Shown: positions 8,369 to 16,572 of the stretch, piece by piece
How positions within the stretch are numbered: the first letter of the stretch is position 1
Layout: every line of letters begins with the position of its first letter
The notes under the pieces: generated by a model
Told to the model about the DNA's origin: nothing
Databases searched by the model: none
Seen by the model: the letters and a program-made list of their open reading frames with translations, nothing else
Translations under genes and position numbers: made by a program
Virus record (IMG/VR): IMGVR_UViG_3300049173_000057
Coordinates: 1-41,262 of that record
Source of the DNA: a virus
Lineage: Duplodnaviria > Caudoviricetes
DNA length: 41,262 nucleotides
Reading direction: 5' to 3' (one strand)

Positions 8369-9003
8369 GCGACACCCGACCGGGCGCGGACGAGCTGCGC
8401 CTGCGCGCCATCCTGAAGACCCGCGGTGTCGGCCCCGACGCCGCCCCGCCGCGCGCACCACGCCAGCTCCCGCCCGTGCCGCAGCAGCGGCCAAGGGACT
8501 GGCTCGACGACATCCTCGACAGCCCGCCCGCCACCACGCCCCAGCCGGAAGGGCCGGCCAGCCCGCCACGGCCAGGCCCGCAGCCCACCAACGTCGAGAA
8601 GACGGCGCCCAAGCTGAAGGGGAGGGGCGGCAAGGGCAAGGCGAAGAGGCCCCGGGAGTCGGGCCCGCAGTACGCGCCGCTCACCCCTCCCGGCCCCCGG
8701 CAGTCCCTCCTCGACGCGTACGACCGCATCCCGCCCCGCGTGAAGTGGCTGGCCTACCACGCATCGGCCGCCTACCTGGGCTGGACCACCGGGCTCGTCG
8801 ACTGGGCCACCTACGTCACCGGCTGGATCGCCGACACCGGGCCCGTCGGCCCGCAGGCCGTGTTCTGGTACGCGACCGCCGGCGCCACCGCCCTGGTGTA
8901 CCGGCGAACCCGGGGCTGGTGGTGGCCGGTCGCCTGGCTCGCCGCAGTCCCCGCCACCTCCACCGTCGTTGGCGTGCTCCTCTACGGCACGCCCCACCCG
9001 TAA
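8365..9003 (+). CDS. Membrane protein with Pro-rich N-terminus
   Basis: ATGA coupling; C-terminal TM helices (WWWPVAWLAAVP). Confidence 0.75.
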   Translation: MSDTRPGADELRLRAILKTRGVGPDAAPPRAPRQLPPVPQQRPRDWLDDILDSPPATTPQPEGPASPPRPGPQPTNVEKTAPKLKGRGGKGKAKRPRESGPQYAPLTPPGPRQSLLDAYDRIPPRVKWLAYHASAAYLGWTTGLVDWATYVTGWIADTGPVGPQAVFWYATAGATALVYRRTRGWWWPVAWLAAVPATSTVVGVLLYGTPHP

Positions 9004-9009
9004 GGACTT

Positions 9010-9414
9010 GTGACCAGCATGTTTGGCGACCTCGGCACCGTCGGCCTCGCTGCCGCCCTCACCTGCCTGATGATCTTCGGAATCCCCGGCAACGGAAAAC
9101 TCAAGCCACTGGGCTGGTGGACCACCGTCTTCGTCGCCATGCTCGCCGCCAGCGCATACAAGGCCGCAGGCGGCATGTTCAAGGTCGTCCCCGACGCGGC
9201 AGGCACCGTCATCGGCTTCATCAACGGCTTCGTCAAGGGCATGACCATGCCCGCCCTCGCCCTCTGCTTCCTGATCTTCCTGCTGTTCGCGAGGCTCAAC
9301 ACCAAGCAAGTCGCCATCGTCGCCCTGCTGTTCTTCTACGTCACCGCCGACGCGGGAGGCACCTGGATCAACATCAGCGACGCCATCGAGAACGCCCGAG
9401 CGAGCCTCCAGTGA
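9010..9414 (+). CDS. Multi-pass membrane protein
   Basis: AAGGA RBS; about 4 hydrophobic helices; alternative start ATG 9019. Confidence 0.8.
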   Translation: MTSMFGDLGTVGLAAALTCLMIFGIPGNGKLKPLGWWTTVFVAMLAASAYKAAGGMFKVVPDAAGTVIGFINGFVKGMTMPALALCFLIFLLFARLNTKQVAIVALLFFYVTADAGGTWINISDAIENARASLQ

Positions 9415-10157
9415 CGTACTTCAACCTGCGGAAACAGCAGCCGGAGGACGAGCCGGACGAGGCCGTCGAGGAGGAGCCGGGCGAGGAGGACGCCACCGAC
9501 GAAGCAGCGGCCCCTGCCGGACTCGCCAGCGCGCTCTGGGCGGGCATCAGCGGCCCCGGCAGGTGGCTGACCGCCCGCGGCTGGCCCGGCGCAGCATGGG
9601 CGCTGTACGCCGGCTCGGCGTGGGCGCCCGGCTTCTACGGCGGCTGGGTCGCCATCGGCGTGGCCGCCGGGTGGCTGGCCGCGGTCCTCGCGTTCATGCC
9701 ACGCAGCATCAAGGACCGGGCCACGGCACGCGTCGAGGGCTGGACAAAGCCCCGCACCACAGCCCCCGACGAGCCCCCGCCGGCCGCCGAGGGGAGCGCC
9801 CTGGCCGACCCCCACACGGTGCTCGTGCGCTGGCTCGACGACCTCACCCGCGGCCGCTCCGGCATCCACCTCGACGAGCTGCACCAGGCCCTCACCCAGC
9901 ACCCCCAGTTGGCCGCCCTGAAGCGGCCGGAGATGAGGGCCTGGCTGGACCGCCACCACATCACCGTTGATCGCACCCTCCGGGTGGGTGCTGTGGCGGG
10001 CCGCTCGGGGGTGTCCCGGGCCACCGTCGACGCCCTCCTCAAGGCCCTTCCCCCGCTCCCGGAGAGCAGCGGCGTGGATCTGCTAGTCCACGCTGCTGAC
10101 CAGCAGGTTTCTCCGGTGGAGAGTGGCGTGGAGAGGGGTGGAGAGCTTGCCGTTTGA
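9411..10157 (+). CDS. Membrane-anchored protein with putative C-terminal winged-helix-like domain
   Basis: GTGA coupling; acidic N-terminus, TM region, then GIHLDELHQAL...EMRAWLDRHHITV..LRVGAVAGRSGV. Confidence 0.7.
   Translation: MTYFNLRKQQPEDEPDEAVEEEPGEEDATDEAAAPAGLASALWAGISGPGRWLTARGWPGAAWALYAGSAWAPGFYGGWVAIGVAAGWLAAVLAFMPRSIKDRATARVEGWTKPRTTAPDEPPPAAEGSALADPHTVLVRWLDDLTRGRSGIHLDELHQALTQHPQLAALKRPEMRAWLDRHHITVDRTLRVGAVAGRSGVSRATVDALLKALPPLPESSGVDLLVHAADQQVSPVESGVERGGELAV
10116..10145 (+). repeat. Three 8-bp direct repeats GTGGAGAG
   Basis: Copies at 10116, 10128 and 10138. Confidence 0.75.
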
Positions 10158-10395
10158 GTACTGGTGCGCCGCCTGCCAGGCCGTCTCCCCGAAGAGACGC
10201 GACCGCCGTACGGACGCCGAGGGCGACCTCGACACGCACCGCCGAACCACGCACGGAGGGCTCGCGCCGGCCGCAGGGGACGGCGTCCGCCACGTCCACG
10301 ACGAAGCCCGCGGCGACGGTTGTCTGCCCGCGGGCTCGTTCTGGGCGGCGCTGTTCTTCCTCGCCCTGCTGCTGTCGAACTGCTGGGGCCGCTGA
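10147..10395 (+). CDS. Small Zn-finger-like protein with C-terminal TM helix
   Basis: Probable TTG start after GGAG; YWCAAC...HRRTTHG; hydrophobic C-terminus. Confidence 0.6.
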   Translation: MPFEYWCAACQAVSPKRRDRRTDAEGDLDTHRRTTHGGLAPAAGDGVRHVHDEARGDGCLPAGSFWAALFFLALLLSNCWGR

Positions 10396-10448
10396 TCCGA
10401 GTTGACAGCGCTGCGAGACTGAGAACGCGACAGGCACCGCGCACCAGG

Positions 10449-10481
10449 CCCCACCGTCATCCCCCCCCCAGGACGGTGGGG
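10449..10481. terminator. Probable bidirectional terminator between convergent genes
   Basis: CCCCACCGTC-loop-GACGGTGGGG followed by TCTT. Confidence 0.65.
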
Positions 10482-10493
10482 TCTTCGCGTGCC

Positions 10494-10673
10494 CTACTCG
10501 GCGGCCGGCTGCGGCGTGCGGGAGGCAGGTGCCGGGACGGCGCGTGCGAGCCATCGGCCGTCCGTCATGTACCTCGGCATCATGATCGGTACGAAGCCCG
10601 CATCGACGAGCTGGGCCAGTCCTTCGACGCACTCGTCTTCGCTGTCCGCCTGCACACTCGCCCTGATCGCCAT
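10494..10673 (-). CDS. Small hypothetical protein (59 aa, not in ORF track)
   Basis: MAIRASVQADSEDECVEGLAQLVDAGFVPIMMPRYMTDGRWLARAV...; GC-rich third positions; stop next to the hairpin. Confidence 0.6.
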   Translation of the reverse strand: MAIRASVQADSEDECVEGLAQLVDAGFVPIMMPRYMTDGRWLARAVPAPASRTPQPAAE

Positions 10674-10811
10674 GCCCGCAGTGTGCCGTTACCGCAACAG
10701 GTGGGGCTACCGGTTCGAGTGGATTCGGGTCACAGATCAGGAACAGCGCCTTCACGATCCCTTCACGCGGGCGCATCATTCACCCCACACAGCACATCAC
10801 CTGGGGGGACC

Positions 10812-11456
10812 ATGAGCACACCGCCGCAGCCTGACTTCCCGCCGCCGCTCCCGCCCGAGCCGCCGAAGCCCGCGAAGTCCCGCACCAACCTGGCCATCAT
10901 CGGGTCGGCCGTCGCCGTCATCGCCGCGATCGTCGCCACCAGCGTCGTGGTCGTCAACTCTCGCGACGACGACAGCCCGGCCGCCGCGTCGATTACGCCG
11001 GCCGACAGCACGGTCACGGCCGCCGCCGAGGAGCCCGAGCCCGAACCGACCGCCACCGAGCCGAAAGTCATGGGGCTGACCGACGGGGTGGCCTATGAGG
11101 ACGGCGTCGAGGTCACCTTGTCCGGCTACAAGCGCGGCACGTCGTCGGAGTACGCCGCGCCGGCGAGTACGGAGTACGTTGCGTTCACGGTGAAGATCGA
11201 CAACAAGTCGGAGGCTGTCGTCGACGTCGGCACTGGGTTCGTCATGTGCTATTACGGCGACGCGAGCAGCCAGTCAGAGCAGATCTTCGACTCGGACCGC
11301 AACCTGGACAGCCTGCCGACGATGCGGCTTCGGCCGGGCCGGAAGGCGACCGCGACGGTGGCGTGCGAGATGCCGAAGAAGGAGTCGTATTTGCAGGTGG
11401 AGTTGTCGCCGTCGATGGAGTCTCAGACGGCGATCTTCGCGGGTGAGGTGAAGTGA
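10812..11456 (+). CDS. Membrane-anchored extracellular Ig-like protein (DUF4352-like)
   Basis: Pro-rich N-terminus, single TM, linker, then YEDGVEVTL..FTVKIDN..LRPGRKAT..LQVEL beta-sandwich pattern. Confidence 0.75.
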   Translation: MSTPPQPDFPPPLPPEPPKPAKSRTNLAIIGSAVAVIAAIVATSVVVVNSRDDDSPAAASITPADSTVTAAAEEPEPEPTATEPKVMGLTDGVAYEDGVEVTLSGYKRGTSSEYAAPASTEYVAFTVKIDNKSEAVVDVGTGFVMCYYGDASSQSEQIFDSDRNLDSLPTMRLRPGRKATATVACEMPKKESYLQVELSPSMESQTAIFAGEVK

Positions 11457-11601
11457 CGTCACCCGTTCGGGTGTAGTGACAGGCGCGGCGGGTGGGGCGT
11501 AGCGTCGCAGGTGCGGCAGTCGTGCGGCCTGGTTTCGCAGACCGGGCGAGGAGCGCATAGCTGCGACCCTGCCTCCCCCGCACGGCTGCCGCACCGTACT
11601 G

Positions 11602-11637
11602 CGAGGCCCCGCACCGGAGCTCCGGGCGGGGCCCTCG
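11602..11637. terminator. Stem-loop between convergent genes
   Basis: CGAGGCCCCGC-ACCGGAGCTCCGG-GCGGGGCCCTCG. Confidence 0.55.
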
Positions 11638-11808
11638 TCATGCGGTTGGTGTACCGCTGTCGTCTGGGTCGGGCGGGTAGTCGACGCAGTCCTTGGTGTG
11701 GGAGATCTCGACCGGGTCCCCGTCGAGGCTGGCGACGATCACCCGTACGTCCCGTGTCTCGGGGGTGGCGTGGCAGACGGGGCAGTCGATGACGCGGCGC
11801 TCGCTCAT
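11638..11808 (-). CDS. Small Cys/His protein (56 aa, not in ORF track)
   Basis: GAGGAG RBS; ATGA coupling; IDCPVCH...HTKDC. Confidence 0.6.
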   Translation of the reverse strand: MSERRVIDCPVCHATPETRDVRVIVASLDGDPVEISHTKDCVDYPPDPDDSGTPTA

Positions 11809-12032
11809 GCGGTGGGCTCCTCGCCCGGGCGCACCGGGGCCTTCCAGCCCACGTGGTAGCCGCCGTATCGGTCGGCCAGTGCACGCAGGACGACGGGGTC
11901 GTTCTGGTGCTTGTCGATCGCGGCGAGCCGGGCCCGCGCGTCATCGGCCACGCGAAGCGCCCCCATCGTGCGGGCGACTTCGAGATCCCGGGTGGCGTGC
12001 GCCTTGAGGAAGGCGATCAGGCCAACGCTCAT
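11805..12032 (-). CDS. DUF6221-like protein (short)
   Basis: LIAFLKA...RVADDARARLA...VLRALADRY..HVGW pattern. Confidence 0.55.
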   Translation of the reverse strand: MSVGLIAFLKAHATRDLEVARTMGALRVADDARARLAAIDKHQNDPVVLRALADRYGGYHVGWKAPVRPGEEPTA

Positions 12033-12322
12033 CCGGTCTTCTCCTCGCTGCTCGCCGGGCGCTCCGGCTTGCGCAGCCGGTCAGCGCGGTCCTTGTAACG
12101 TGCGTCCGGCTCGATTCCGGCATCTCGCGCCATCTTCCGCACGTGAGCCGCAGTCCAGCCCGACGCCTTGGTGACGTCGGTGGGCCGGTGTTCGCCGTCC
12201 CGTAGGGCATCGAGGACGAGTTCCTTCAACGCGTCGCTGGACTGCTTGAGGCGGTCGGCGTCTCGCTGGCGGCGTGCGCCAGCCGCTGCGATCTCGTCGA
12301 GTGTGGGTCCCTGGGTCGTCAT
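12029..12322 (-). CDS. HTH DNA-binding regulator
   Basis: LVLDALRDGEHRPTDVTKASGWTAAHVRKMAR HTH pattern; divergent from 12434. Confidence 0.65.
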   Translation of the reverse strand: MTTQGPTLDEIAAAGARRQRDADRLKQSSDALKELVLDALRDGEHRPTDVTKASGWTAAHVRKMARDAGIEPDARYKDRADRLRKPERPASSEEKTG

Positions 12323-12345
12323 GAGGACACGGTACCGCAACAGGG

Positions 12346-12374
12346 TTGCGATGCCATCCCCTCTGGCGTACAGT
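12346..12374 (+). promoter_or_regulatory. Putative sigma70/HrdB-type promoter flanked by inverted repeats
   Basis: TTGCGA-N17-TACAGT; IRs CGCAAC-AGG-GTTGCG (12336-12350) and AGCGATA-GCAGG-TATCGCT (12388-12406). Confidence 0.5.
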
Positions 12375-12433
12375 CTGAGTCACGGCAAGCGATAGCAGGT
12401 ATCGCTACCAATGAACCAGGGGGATCAGTCGAG

Positions 12434-12817
12434 ATGGACGCCAAGACCCGCACGCGCCGCAACGGCCTCCGTGCCGCCACCACCACCGCCAAGGGCCTCG
12501 GCTACCGCACCCTCTCCGGCGTCATCGCCGCCCACGTCGACGCGGGCCGGCTCATCCGCACCGGCGACTTCCTCGACCGCGTCGGCGGCGGCGACCTCAA
12601 GGACGGACAGAAGTCCTGGTTCGGCCGGCACGTCGCCAAGGCCTACCGCGCGCAGCACGGCGGCGACAGCGTCCGCGTCTGGTCCCAGCACCGCACCACC
12701 GGCAAGTGGATCCACGTCCTCGTCTACGGCCCCATCGACGAAGCCCTGTACGCCGGCCTCCGCTCCTACAAGGGCACCCGCCACCTCCTCGCCTCCAGCT
12801 ACACGGAGGCCGCCTAG
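12434..12817 (+). CDS. Basic hypothetical protein (possibly DNA-binding)
   Basis: Clean ORF with GC-rich third positions; KSWFGRHVAKAYR. Confidence 0.7.
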   Translation: MDAKTRTRRNGLRAATTTAKGLGYRTLSGVIAAHVDAGRLIRTGDFLDRVGGGDLKDGQKSWFGRHVAKAYRAQHGGDSVRVWSQHRTTGKWIHVLVYGPIDEALYAGLRSYKGTRHLLASSYTEAA

Positions 12818-12826
12818 ACCAACTCC

Positions 12827-13378
12827 ATGGCGCAGCAGACGACCCAGACCGCCAGCCAGACCCACCAGGAGCAGTCCATGCACGTCGAACTCGAAACGGT
12901 CCTGCGGGACTGGACCCCCGTTGCGGTAGTCCTTCCGGGTGGGACCAGCCGCACCGCGCAGGCCACAGACCTTCGCCGTCTGCTGGAGAAGGTCGCGGTG
13001 GACGACAGCGGATGCTGGCGCTGGACCGGCTTCATCAGCCACAAGGGCTACGGACGCTTCAGCTTCGGCATGCGTTCCGGTCACGCCCACCGCTTCGCGT
13101 ATGCGGCGCTCGTTGGCCCCATTGGCGACGACCGAGAGATCGATCACCTGTGCCGCAACCGGGCTTGCGTGAACCCGGCTCACCTCGAAGCGGTCACGCA
13201 TGAGGAGAACCTCAAGCGCAGGCACTCCGACGGCCTGCCCACCCACTGTCAGGAAGGACACGAGTACACGCCTGAGAACACCTACCGCCGCCCCAACGGC
13301 GCGCGGCTCTGCCGGATCTGCAAGAGGGCAGAGAAGGCGCGCTATCGCGCCCGTGCCGCGTCGCGGAAGGCCGAGTGA
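12827..13378 (+). CDS. HNH endonuclease with C-terminal Zn-binding motif
   Basis: CWRWTG..GYGRF..AHRFAY..IDHLCRNRACVNPAHLEAVTHEEN; THCQEGHEYTPENTY..CRIC; alternative start ATG 12878. Confidence 0.9.
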   Translation: MAQQTTQTASQTHQEQSMHVELETVLRDWTPVAVVLPGGTSRTAQATDLRRLLEKVAVDDSGCWRWTGFISHKGYGRFSFGMRSGHAHRFAYAALVGPIGDDREIDHLCRNRACVNPAHLEAVTHEENLKRRHSDGLPTHCQEGHEYTPENTYRRPNGARLCRICKRAEKARYRARAASRKAE

Positions 13379-13479
13379 CGCGCCCCGCTCACGGTCTCGC
13401 CACCGTCACCGTGCTGTACCCGGTCGACCTGCCCATCGCCGCCCGCGTCCAGCTCCTCGCCGACGCACTCGCCGCCTGA
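13375..13479 (+). CDS. Small hypothetical protein or gene remnant (34 aa)
   Basis: GTGA overlap with HNH stop; VTRPAHGLATVTVLYPVDLPIAARVQLLADALAA. Confidence 0.4.
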   Translation: MTRPAHGLATVTVLYPVDLPIAARVQLLADALAA

Positions 13480-13489
13480 GGAGAACCCC

Positions 13490-13897
13490 ATGACCCAGAT
13501 CGTCGGTATCCGCGACGGCCACCGCGTCACCACCACCGTCACCGGCCCAGCCGGCTCGGTGACCATCGACCGACAGCACCACCCCGACTGCCCCTGCCGC
13601 ACCACCAACCCGGGCCCAGCCCAGAGGAGCACCATGGAGACCGCCCGCATCGACGACCTGCCCGCCGCCGAGCAAGCGACCACTGAGCCGGCCGTCTGGC
13701 CGGTGTTCACCCTCCAGCGCTGGGACTGGGAGGCCAGGTCGTGGGAGCTCCATGGCGAGTACGAGTCGGAGCGCGGCGAGGGCAACGCGTACTTCGCGGT
13801 GTCCAGCGAGCGCGCGTCCAGCACGGGCCCGATCCGGCTGCTCAAGGACGGCGCGGTCGTCCTCGCGGACGACCCGGCCACCTACTACGACGCCTGA
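13490..13897 (+). CDS. Hypothetical protein (possible second start at 13634)
   Basis: GAGGAG RBS at both 13490 and the in-frame ATG 13634. Confidence 0.6.
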   Translation: MTQIVGIRDGHRVTTTVTGPAGSVTIDRQHHPDCPCRTTNPGPAQRSTMETARIDDLPAAEQATTEPAVWPVFTLQRWDWEARSWELHGEYESERGEGNAYFAVSSERASSTGPIRLLKDGAVVLADDPATYYDA

Positions 13898-13980
13898 CCG
13901 CCCGGGGTCCGCCGACTGGCGGGCCCCGCCGTTTGACCCCCGCCATACGCTCAACCCACCGCCACCGAAAGGAACCCGCC

Positions 13981-14280
13981 GTGGCCAACCCCGAGTTCGA
14001 ACGCGAAGTCCCCTACATCGGCGGCCCCTGGGACAGCCAGACCCGGTGGGAGCCGAAAGCCTTCTGGCCGCCCGCCAACCAGATGCCGAGCGAAGGGCGC
14101 GGGTTCACCGGAGCGTGGCCGGACGCATGGCCTGCCGATGAGCCCCGGTACATGCCGGAGATCGTGGACGGCCCGAACGGCTGCTCGGTGCGCATGGTGT
14201 GGGCCGCGCCCAACGACCCCCACGCGCCCCGTCTGATCGAGCGACCGCCGTCCCTCAAGGACTACGGGGACTGCGACTGA
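13981..14280 (+). CDS. Hypothetical protein
   Basis: AAAGGA RBS; YIGGPWD motif. Confidence 0.6.
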   Translation: MANPEFEREVPYIGGPWDSQTRWEPKAFWPPANQMPSEGRGFTGAWPDAWPADEPRYMPEIVDGPNGCSVRMVWAAPNDPHAPRLIERPPSLKDYGDCD

Positions 14281-14299
14281 TCCACCCCATACACCTCGA

Positions 14300-14338
14300 A
14301 GGCCCGTCTCAACCCCACGCCCTGGGGGAGACGGGCCT
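14300..14338. terminator. Stem-loop separating early genes from the packaging operon
   Basis: AGGCCCGTCTC...GAGACGGGCCT. Confidence 0.6.
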
Positions 14339-14437
14339 CCGTCATGCGCGCCGCCGTCAGAGCCGCCACCCCGGTTGCACGCATCGTTACCATCAAAGCA
14401 CGCCAACCAGTAACCACACCAGCAAGGGGGGAACGCC

Positions 14438-15001
14438 GTGGCCACCAGCGGAGGAGACCCCGACGCCCAACGCGAACGCGCCGAAGCCCAAGGCCGCAAC
14501 AACCGCGGCAAGTTCGTCCGCAGCCTCGACACCGCCAAGCGCAACGCCGAAGCCTGCGACCTCAAAGCCAAGGGCTGGTCCTACCGGAAGATCGCCGAAC
14601 ACTTCGGCATCGACGTCCACACCGCCTACAACGCCGTCCAGAACACCCTGAAGGAGACCCTTCAGGAGCCGGCCGAGAACCTCCGCACGCTGATGCTGGA
14701 GCGCCTCGACGCCGAACTCGTGCGCCTGAACGACCTCGAAGAGGCCGCGCGCACCGTGCTGGAGCGCAACCACTACACCGTCGCGCCCAGCGGGCAGATC
14801 GTCTTCCACGGCGGCGAAGCCCTCACCGACGACGGCCCGGTCCTCGCCGCGATCGACCGCCTACTCAAGATCGACGAGCAGCGGCGGAAGAACGACGAGT
14901 CACGGCGGAAGCTGTTGGGCCTGGACCAGCCCGCCAAGGTCGAGCACTCCGGCGGGGTGAAGTACGAGATCGTGGGAGTCGACCCGCGGGACCTCAAGTG
15001 A
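14438..15001 (+). CDS. Terminase small subunit (HTH)
   Basis: GWSYRKIAEHFGI HTH; AIDRLLKI..RRKLLGLDQPAKVEHSG; directly upstream of large subunit. Confidence 0.8.
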   Translation: MATSGGDPDAQRERAEAQGRNNRGKFVRSLDTAKRNAEACDLKAKGWSYRKIAEHFGIDVHTAYNAVQNTLKETLQEPAENLRTLMLERLDAELVRLNDLEEAARTVLERNHYTVAPSGQIVFHGGEALTDDGPVLAAIDRLLKIDEQRRKNDESRRKLLGLDQPAKVEHSGGVKYEIVGVDPRDLK

Positions 15002-16311
15002 CCGCGACGGTCGTGCGGTACGAACCGCGCGGCGGCGCCAAGACCCTGCTCTCGGCCCGAGACCAAGAGATCTGCATCGCCGGTCCAGCGGGCACCGGCA
15101 AGAGCCTGGCGATGCTGCAGAAGGCCTTCTACACGTCGCTGATGGTGCCCAACTGCCGCTCCCTGATCGTCCGCCAGACCCACGCCTCCCTCACCGGCTC
15201 GACGCTGGTGACGTTCGAGCAGCAGGTCGCGCCGGCCGCGCTCGCCGAGGGCGTCGTGAAGTGGTTCGGCGGCAGCCCGAGGAAACCCGCGGCGTACCAG
15301 TTCGCCAACGGTGCCGAGATCCTCGTCGGCGGGCTCGACCGGCCCGAGAAGTTCCTGTCGACGGAGTTCTCCCGGATCTACATCGACGAGGCCACGCAGA
15401 TCAGCCTCAAGGCGCTGGAGACGCTGATCACCCGGCTCCGCGGCAACGCCGACACGTACCGGCAGATCATCCTCGCGTGCAACCCGGACCACCCGAAGCA
15501 CTGGATCAAGCAGCGCTGCGACGACGGCACCATGCGCATGCTCCACTCCCTGCACCGCGACAATCCCCTCTACGTCAACACCGACGGCACCCTGACCGAG
15601 CGGGGCGTCGACTACATGGCCAAGCTCGACGCCCTCACCGGCGTCCGCCGCTTGCGCTTCCGAGACGGTATCTGGGCTGCCGCCGAAGGCCTCGTCTACG
15701 AGGGTTGGTCCGAACCCGTCCACGTCATCGACCCGTTCGACGTGCCCGAGGAGTGGACCCGGTGGATCTGCGTCGACTTCGGCTTCACTAACCCCTTCGT
15801 CGCACAGCTCTGGGCCGAGGACCCCGACGGTCGGCTGTACCTGATCCGCGAGTGGGTGCGCACGCGGATGCTCGTCGAGGACCACGCTGACGTGATTCGG
15901 GACCGGCTCCTGAAGGATCAGCCGAGGCCGCGCGCCATCATCACGGACCACGACGCCGAGGACCGGGCCACGCTGGAGCGGAAGCTGGGCATGGGCACGC
16001 AGGCCGCCCACAAGTCCGTGTCCGACGGGATCCAGGCGTTCGGCGCCCGCCTCAAGGAGCAGCCTGACGGCCGGCCGCGGCTGTTCGTCTTCCGGGACGC
16101 GCTGCTGGAGCGCGATGCCGAGATGGACGCGCAGTCCCTCCCGGTCGGCCTCGCCGAGGAAGTGTCCGGCTATGTGTGGGCCGTGAAGCCCGGCAACCAG
16201 ACCGGCCTCAAGGAAGAGCCGGTGAAGGCGAATGACCACAGCTGCGATGCGGCCCGGTACATGGTCGCCGCCCGTGACCTGGGTGGTCGTCCTCGGGTGC
16301 GTTGGCTGTGA
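14998..16311 (+). CDS. Terminase large subunit (PBSX-like)
   Basis: Walker A GPAGTGKS, Walker B IYIDEA, LACNP, nuclease motifs VDFGFTNP and NDHSCDAARY. Confidence 0.95.
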   Translation: MTATVVRYEPRGGAKTLLSARDQEICIAGPAGTGKSLAMLQKAFYTSLMVPNCRSLIVRQTHASLTGSTLVTFEQQVAPAALAEGVVKWFGGSPRKPAAYQFANGAEILVGGLDRPEKFLSTEFSRIYIDEATQISLKALETLITRLRGNADTYRQIILACNPDHPKHWIKQRCDDGTMRMLHSLHRDNPLYVNTDGTLTERGVDYMAKLDALTGVRRLRFRDGIWAAAEGLVYEGWSEPVHVIDPFDVPEEWTRWICVDFGFTNPFVAQLWAEDPDGRLYLIREWVRTRMLVEDHADVIRDRLLKDQPRPRAIITDHDAEDRATLERKLGMGTQAAHKSVSDGIQAFGARLKEQPDGRPRLFVFRDALLERDAEMDAQSLPVGLAEEVSGYVWAVKPGNQTGLKEEPVKANDHSCDAARYMVAARDLGGRPRVRWL

Positions 16312-16356
16312 GACTGTCGTGACCCTACAAGCCGCCATCGAGGAGACGAGACGCCC

Positions 16357-16557
16357 GTGACCAGCATGAAGACCCGCGCCAGGGAGCGCATGCGCAGGTG
16401 GAGGCAGGCTCTGAATAGGAGTATGCCGATCCTGCTTGACATGACTGGGATCATTCTGTTGTCGAGTGCCGCCATGGTGTGGCACCTGATCGCTGGTCTC
16501 GTCGCGCTCGGCCTCGGGTGCTTCGTCCTCAACTGGCGGTGCTACGGCAGCGAGTGA
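16357..16557 (+). CDS. Small membrane protein
   Basis: Two hydrophobic helices; position between terminase and portal. Confidence 0.65.
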   Translation: MTSMKTRARERMRRWRQALNRSMPILLDMTGIILLSSAAMVWHLIAGLVALGLGCFVLNWRCYGSE

Positions 16558-16572
16558 CCGATGGGAGGGTAG

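Noticed and set aside
7788-9410. N-terminal ~540 aa of the 789-aa ORF 7788..10157
   Set aside because: Arg/Pro-rich off-frame read-through overlapping three better genes; the real start is GTG 9411 coupled to the upstream stop
10402-10407. TTGACA as a -35 box (also in the hairpin loop at 20600-20605)
   Set aside because: No credible -10 element at 16-18 bp spacing
10489-10815. 108-aa plus-strand ORF
   Set aside because: The minus-strand 59-aa ORF 10494..10673 has better codon usage and ends at the terminator hairpin
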